A DNA stretch of 64,000 nucleotides from an uncultured Ruficoccus sp. (GTDB taxonomy: Bacteria > Verrucomicrobiota > Verrucomicrobiia > Opitutales > Cerasicoccaceae), in the NCBI GenBank assembly GCA_965140785.1, contig OZ223510.1, positions 64,001-128,000 on the forward strand, written 5' to 3'. Numbering within the stretch: the first letter of the stretch is position 1; each line of letters starts with the position of its first letter. The translations under genes were made by a program, and so were the position numbers. The notes beneath the pieces were generated by a model. The model had not been told where the DNA came from and made no database searches. It saw only the letters and a program-made list of their open reading frames with translations. Of this stretch, positions 58,709 to 64,000 are shown piece by piece.

Positions 58709-59799
58709 TGGCGTGACCTCCCAGAACCGTACCATTGCATATGAGACACTGGCGGGTAGAACCCGACCAGACAATGAAGCGAAAAAGATACACCGAAGAG
58801 CAGATCGTGGCGATTTTGCGCGAGGCAGACGAAGGCCGTAGCGTGGACGATGTGTGCCGCGAACACAACGTGAGCAAAGCGAGCTTCCATCGTTGGAAGT
58901 CCAAGTATGGGCAGATGGAGTTGCGCGATGTGAAGCGACTCAAAGAGCTTGAGCACGAGAACGCCGAGCTGAAGAAGCTGGGGTCCGACCAGCTTTTGAA
59001 CATCAAAGTACTGGAGCAGGTAAACGCGTAAAAATGGCGAGTCCTGCCCCTGCGGACTCGGTAAGTCCGGGGCACAAGCGCGAAGCGGTGCGCGAGGTGG
59101 CCGAGTCGGGAACGTGCTCGTTAGGGGCCGCCTGCCGGTATCTTGGCCTGCACTGGTCGAGCTTCTGCTACCGGGCTAAAACCGCCAGCGACAAGATGGT
59201 TCGTCTGGTGCGGGCAATCATCGCTGTGAGCCGTGCCAACCCGCGTTACGGTTACCGCCGTGTGCGAGCGCAGTTGGCCAACGATGGCTGGCAGGTCAGC
59301 CGCAAGCTCGTGCAAAAGGTGCGCCGGGCCGAAGGGCTGGGCGTGAAGCCGCCGTGCCAGAGTTTATCGCCACGGCGACCAAGGACTACCTGGAGTCCAA
59401 ACACATCAACACCCTCTACATCGAGCCGGGCTCGCCCTGGCTACCGAGCGAAGCGACACTCGCAAGCGCAGCGCAGCAGAACAAACCCTTACATGGAGAG
59501 CTTCCACAACCACCTGCAGGACGAGTGCCTCAAGCAGGAGTGGTTCCTCTCCTTGACCGAAGCGCACGTCGTTATCGAAAACTGGCGACGCAAGTATAAC
59601 AGCCAGCATCCGCACAGTCGTTTGGGCTTTATATCCCCCGACGCCTTTGCCAGAATCTGGCAACAAACCAAGGCAGTGCTTGGTTCCGTTCGCCCTACGG
59701 GCTCTCTGCACCAAGCACTCCCTCAACCCACAACACAACCAACATAATGCTACCCACCCAGTGTCTTATCGCGCTGGTACGAAAACAGGGGGCCGACCA
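58709..59799 (+). mobile_element. Degenerate IS3-family element (different subtype)
   Basis: IRs TGG...CGTACCA...AGACACTGG at both ends. orfA 58774-59031 has a TAA inside the slippery run. orfB lacks the WxxD/SDNG core and carries two small insertions. Confidence 0.9.
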
Positions 59800-60363
59800 A
59801 TTTCTTTGAGCCGGTGTCTCTCTCGCGACGACTAATAGATTTGTAAATGGTGACGCTGGGGTGGCCTGGCGGACCCTTATCGTTACGCATCTGAGATTCT
59901 TTGAGCTTCTATTATGTGTGTCTATATCCATAGCTTGCCTACTCAAAATCAGATCTGCTACAGGTGTCTAATATCCTACCATGCTAGGCTGCGTGGACAA
60001 AATATCTCATGTTGTAATCCTCGTCGCTTTTTTGCCTGAAATTCGTGTCCTCGATTTGACAAGCTTGGATTTTCCTCACTTCGGGGCCCGGATTTTGGAC
60101 TCAAAATCACCTTGGGATGCGAGTTCATTATTTGATCTAAACGACCTCGGAATTTAATCTCAGGCGCTTGTTTTGCAACTGTTGGATTTAGTGGACCTTG
60201 CCTTCGTCGCCAACAAGCGGTTCCTTGGAAATTACGCCACAATTATGGCGGTTATAGAGCCCTGAAAAAATAGTTCTTCATCGGTTCTTGCTTTAGGCGT
60301 AGATGAGCGGAGCTCCGCTTCTCTGCGGCGAAGACCGCTCATCAATATTTTAAGTAATTCAAT

Positions 60364-61488
60364 ATGTCTAGCAAATGCGCATTTTCAACGGCTCCGGCGG
60401 TTCCGATTCACCGTGGGGTAACTTTTGGCTTTTTTGCAAAGAATGGTTTTTACGGCTCCCCGCAGGCCCGCCTGGAAGTGGACCGGATGGCCGAATTGGG
60501 GGTGACTTGGGTTTGCGTTGTCACCACGGTTTGGCAAGAGACCTATTCGAGTACCCGGCAATTTCGCGATTTCAAGATGACGCCTTCGGACAACGAGCTC
60601 ATCGCCATCATTGAATACATTCACAGCAAAGGCATGAAGGTCCAATTGCGTCCGATGCTTCAGGGATGGGACGGGTCGTTTCGCATGAATGTGATGTTTC
60701 CTTGGGAAGACGATCCGCCCATCTTTCTGGACAAAAAGGTCGATTATTGGACGCGCTGGTTCGACAGCCTGATCGAGCGCACCTTGCACTATGCCGCGAT
60801 GGCTGAGGCGACGGGCTGCGAGGCCTATGGCTTGGACAGCGAACTTGACCGCACGACCCATGAGCGCCTGAACGCACACTGGAAACGGGTTCTTGCTGCC
60901 GCCCGGAGCGTTTATTCTGGACACCTTACGACCGGACATACGCTTGAAGTCGATTTTCTGCGTGAACTCAAGGAACGTCCGGATCATTGGTTCCGGGATC
61001 TCGACTCGCTGGGAACGAGTTTCTACGTGCCCTTGGGCGATTGCTCGGACGCCATGAAAGCGATGTATCGCATTGGCTCAGCGAAAGCTCCGGCTCCCGA
61101 TTACGCTCCGGACTCCCCGGAAATGATGGCGTGGCTGGAGGGGCCGCGCCAGTATTTTGCAGAGGTTGCGCGATTGCTCGGTAAGCCCTTTTATTTTGCC
61201 GAATGCGGAATACGCTCCACCACGGCAGGCGTTTTCTGTGGCAACGGGAGTATTGCCAATCACGATGGGCGTTACGATGGTCAAGCTCAGGTCTATTTTC
61301 TTGAAAGCGTTCTGAATGCGTTCTGGGACGAGCCTTGGTGGATGGGCATCTATTGGTGGAAATGGGACGAGCATTTCGATCGCCCGCATTACAGGACCGA
61401 TCCGAACGGAGATCAGGGCCTGACCGTTTGGGGCAAGCCTGTTGCAGACACCATGAAACTCTGGTTCGATAAGCCGGAGCGGCGTTGA
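60364..61488 (+). CDS. GH113-like glycoside hydrolase (TIM barrel), no signal peptide
   Basis: LGVTWV, IH..GMKV.LRP, SEL (acid/base region), FAECG (nucleophile region), PWWMGIYWWKW, GKP. Confidence 0.8.
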   Translation: MSSKCAFSTAPAVPIHRGVTFGFFAKNGFYGSPQARLEVDRMAELGVTWVCVVTTVWQETYSSTRQFRDFKMTPSDNELIAIIEYIHSKGMKVQLRPMLQGWDGSFRMNVMFPWEDDPPIFLDKKVDYWTRWFDSLIERTLHYAAMAEATGCEAYGLDSELDRTTHERLNAHWKRVLAAARSVYSGHLTTGHTLEVDFLRELKERPDHWFRDLDSLGTSFYVPLGDCSDAMKAMYRIGSAKAPAPDYAPDSPEMMAWLEGPRQYFAEVARLLGKPFYFAECGIRSTTAGVFCGNGSIANHDGRYDGQAQVYFLESVLNAFWDEPWWMGIYWWKWDEHFDRPHYRTDPNGDQGLTVWGKPVADTMKLWFDKPERR

Positions 61489-61517
61489 GTCGGTTATAAT
61501 GAAAACACTATCGGTGG

Positions 61518-61970
61518 ATGATTTTGGACGATATCAGAAACGCGCCTGTTTATTACGGGCTCGGTCCTTCGTTTCAGGCCGGGCTGGACTATCTGCGCCG
61601 CTTCGACCCCCGCACGCCGGTTGGGAAATTTGATCTGGACGGGAAGAGGGTACGTGTATCAGTCGAGCAATACACGACAAGCCCCGGGGGTGGTCGCGAC
61701 TACGAGGCTCATCGGCTTCATGCGGACATCCAGTATTTGGTCGGAGGCGAGGAACTCATCTGGCATGCCTCCGTGTCCGGGCTGGCCGAGACCGTGCCTT
61801 ACGATACGGCTAAAGATGTCGCCTTCTATCGTGGCGTGGACATTCAGCCACTGTATCTTCACCCCGGACAATTCACGATTCTGTGGCCCCAGGATGCCCA
61901 CAAACCCAATTGTTGCGTACATGTGCCTGCCGTGAACAAGAAGGTGGTTGTTAAGGTGCGGCTGACTTGA
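61518..61970 (+). CDS. YhcH/YjgK/YiaL family protein
   Basis: MILDD, EAHRLHADIQY...GEE, YD..KD..F, P.DAHKP, KKVVVKV. Confidence 0.92.
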   Translation: MILDDIRNAPVYYGLGPSFQAGLDYLRRFDPRTPVGKFDLDGKRVRVSVEQYTTSPGGGRDYEAHRLHADIQYLVGGEELIWHASVSGLAETVPYDTAKDVAFYRGVDIQPLYLHPGQFTILWPQDAHKPNCCVHVPAVNKKVVVKVRLT

Positions 61971-62006
61971 GAGAAGGACGTGTTCCGCGAAGGCTTACAC
62001 GATGCT

Positions 62007-63059
62007 TCATCGAGCGGTTCTGAGGGTTTGACCTTCGTGCCAAAGGCTGGGGATGCTTATCTTTAGGCGTGAAGTGATGTCTACAGGGGGGGCGGCGCTG
62101 GTGTCGCCCGATCCCCGCCGTTCCAAGAGGGAGGTCAAGTGGTTGAGGGCCATGGTTCCAATTCGTTCATAATCCACCAGCAGGCCGGATTCATGGCTGT
62201 TTGCAATGCAGTCGATGCGGAAGATGCCTAATTCGTCGGGTATGCGGATGCCTTCAGCGATCGCCCATTGCTCGACGCCAGGTCCGTTAACCAGGATTGC
62301 GTCCGGCTTAAATTTCTTAAGCCATCGCGTGAATGCTGCGCGTGTGTAGGCGGTTTCGGTATCAAAGATACTGCTGAATTTTGTCTCGCGGTTGAATTTC
62401 GCAAATACCATCCCCGACGACATGAGCGCCCACCCACGCATTTCTTCTTCAAGGCGAAGCACGACGAGTCCGATTCTGCGGTAGCCGCGGCTGTGGAGCA
62501 GCGGCATGATCATCGTGGCGTCATCGGGCATGCTGCGTACGATGCGCGGCAGTTCCGGGTTCGCCAGTTCATGGCCAACCTCGACGCCGGTGAGTTGGTC
62601 CCAGTTCATGGCCAGCGACATGGTGGAGCGCTGAAGGGCGGGATTGCCCGAGCAGATGATGCACCCGCGCATACCGCGAGCGTGTAATTGACGCCCTAAT
62701 GCCCGTTGCTGAGCCGCCGAGGTTGGGATGCGGAAGAGTTCCACCCCGTAGCCCAGTTCCTGGGCTCTTCGGGTGGTTCCGGCATGTATTTTTTCCAGCC
62801 AGGGGTAATCCCGATATTCCTGAGAGGGGATGGTTGTCAGAAGGGCTAGTGTTTCTCGGTAAACTGGCTTGTCTGCTTTGCGCGCGAAAGCCAGCGCGTT
62901 GGCCAGCATGGGGTCGCGCACATAGCCGAGACGGTCGGCTGCGTCCTGAACCTGGCGGCGCGTTTCCTTGTTGACCAGGGCGAGGCCGCGGAGTGCTCGC
63001 GACACTGTGGAAACATCCAGGCCGACTTCACGGGCAATGGCCCTCAAACTGACTCGCAT
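62007..63059 (-). CDS. LacI-family regulator
   Basis: SLRAIAREVGLDVSTVSRALRG HTH, LGYVRDP, IPDELG, WHEGQTL. Confidence 0.92.
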   Translation of the reverse strand: MRVSLRAIAREVGLDVSTVSRALRGLALVNKETRRQVQDAADRLGYVRDPMLANALAFARKADKPVYRETLALLTTIPSQEYRDYPWLEKIHAGTTRRAQELGYGVELFRIPTSAAQQRALGRQLHARGMRGCIICSGNPALQRSTMSLAMNWDQLTGVEVGHELANPELPRIVRSMPDDATMIMPLLHSRGYRRIGLVVLRLEEEMRGWALMSSGMVFAKFNRETKFSSIFDTETAYTRAAFTRWLKKFKPDAILVNGPGVEQWAIAEGIRIPDELGIFRIDCIANSHESGLLVDYERIGTMALNHLTSLLERRGSGDTSAAPPVDITSRLKISIPSLWHEGQTLRTAR

Positions 63060-63297
63060 GTCGGTATAGAAAACGGGAAACGCCAGGGATGCAACTGTTG
63101 TTTATCGGTGTTGTTGTGTCTCAAGGTACGATGTGTCTATAGTATTCTCAATAACACCCCTTCCCCTGATCACTCGTTACCCACTTGGAGGTTTACAGGC
63201 TTAATGTGGCCGGAGGGCTGTTCGGGGGGATGACACTGACAGTTCGGGAATCATAATCCAATTCATCCAAAACTACCCACAAATACTAACCTGAAAA

Positions 63298-64000
63298 ATG
63301 AATCGAACGATGAAAGTCATACCATTGCACTATCTCTCGCAGAAAGTCTCCCTGATCGGTTTCTTCCTCCTCTGTGTCGGGACTCTGTCCTGCAACCAGG
63401 CGACTGCCAATGTCGTCTTATATGAAGAGTTGTTTTCCACCTCCACGCCTCTGAGTATGTCCGGGATTGGCTGGGAGGCATTCGGAAGCAGTACGGCTGT
63501 GGACATCAGCGATGTCACTGCCTCGAATACCGTTTATGTGGGATCGGGGCAAGGCAATCCGGCAACTCCGACCGGTTACCTCGCTGCGATCCTTGGGAAT
63601 CCCGATGCGGGGTCGAATGTCAATCGCTATCCTTCTTACGCGGCTTATGAGTCGGGCCTTTCCCTCGACCTTGACGGTGCGACTGTCTCCTGGCGGATGA
63701 ACGCAAGTTCCGGAGCTACATGTCGCGTTCGTGTGTTGATCATGGTAGATAGTGTCTGGTATGTGAGCAATACCAGCGATACCGCATACGAGTATTACAC
63801 GCCCACGACATATGGGACGAGTGCGGATTTTGCTGCGGCTAGTGTCGAAGATGTCGAGAAGTCGTTTAGCTTTACAACGAATGCGTCCTCCTGGCGGGTA
63901 TTCAATCTTGAGGAGGATTCCACCATGTCGATTGGCGATGTTCCCGAGACGGATTTGTCAACTTCTACGATTTCGGCCATCGGGCTTTATATCGTTGGAG
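63298..64000 (+). CDS. Secreted Ser/Thr-rich protein, runs off the window (probably PEP-CTERM family)
   Basis: Frame is open from ATG 63298 to the end (not in the supplied ORF track). Signal-like N-terminus; RVLIMVDSVWYVS and ISAIGLYI resemble RWLIQIDNTYYLS and ITSVGVYF of 37395-38315. Confidence 0.75.
   Translation, partial: MNRTMKVIPLHYLSQKVSLIGFFLLCVGTLSCNQATANVVLYEELFSTSTPLSMSGIGWEAFGSSTAVDISDVTASNTVYVGSGQGNPATPTGYLAAILGNPDAGSNVNRYPSYAAYESGLSLDLDGATVSWRMNASSGATCRVRVLIMVDSVWYVSNTSDTAYEYYTPTTYGTSADFAAASVEDVEKSFSFTTNASSWRVFNLEEDSTMSIGDVPETDLSTSTISAIGLYIVG

Noticed and set aside
62425..62434. AGCGCCCACC matching the tRNA-Val 3' end (possible attR)
   Set aside because: Only 10 bp, inside an intact lacI gene and beyond the core genes; consistent with chance.

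Overview
A GC-rich bacterial chromosome segment. The PEP-CTERM proteins, the large pilin-like proteins and the gene style suggest Verrucomicrobiota (Opitutales-like); this is inference. Layout: (1) 3' part of asd, a GFA pseudogene and tRNA-Val(TAC). (2) A ~39.5 kb carbohydrate-utilisation region (1580-40973) with IclR/AraC/LacI regulators, beta-helix and GH42-like glycosidases, a polysaccharide lyase, an SSS symporter, three PEP-CTERM proteins, DNRLRE-like proteins, a prepilin and two copies of a 'giant PilX-like pilin + ~240 aa partner' gene pair; no recognisable SusC/TonB receptor. (3) Core genes hom, lysC, metY, hpf, an SDR and an RluA-family synthase, then tRNA-Phe(GAA). (4) An integrated mobilizable element (oriT candidate, MobC, MOB-P relaxase with a nested gene, large serine recombinase) followed by three IS3-family elements around a TPR gene and an XRE gene. 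(5) The start of another sugar locus (GH113-like, YhcH family, LacI, secreted protein). Most notable: the repeated giant-pilin/partner module inside glycan loci, and three related 24-~41 bp GC-rich insertions, all containing TACCGAG, in the decayed IS3 copies. All calls come from reading motifs by eye; no database searches were run.
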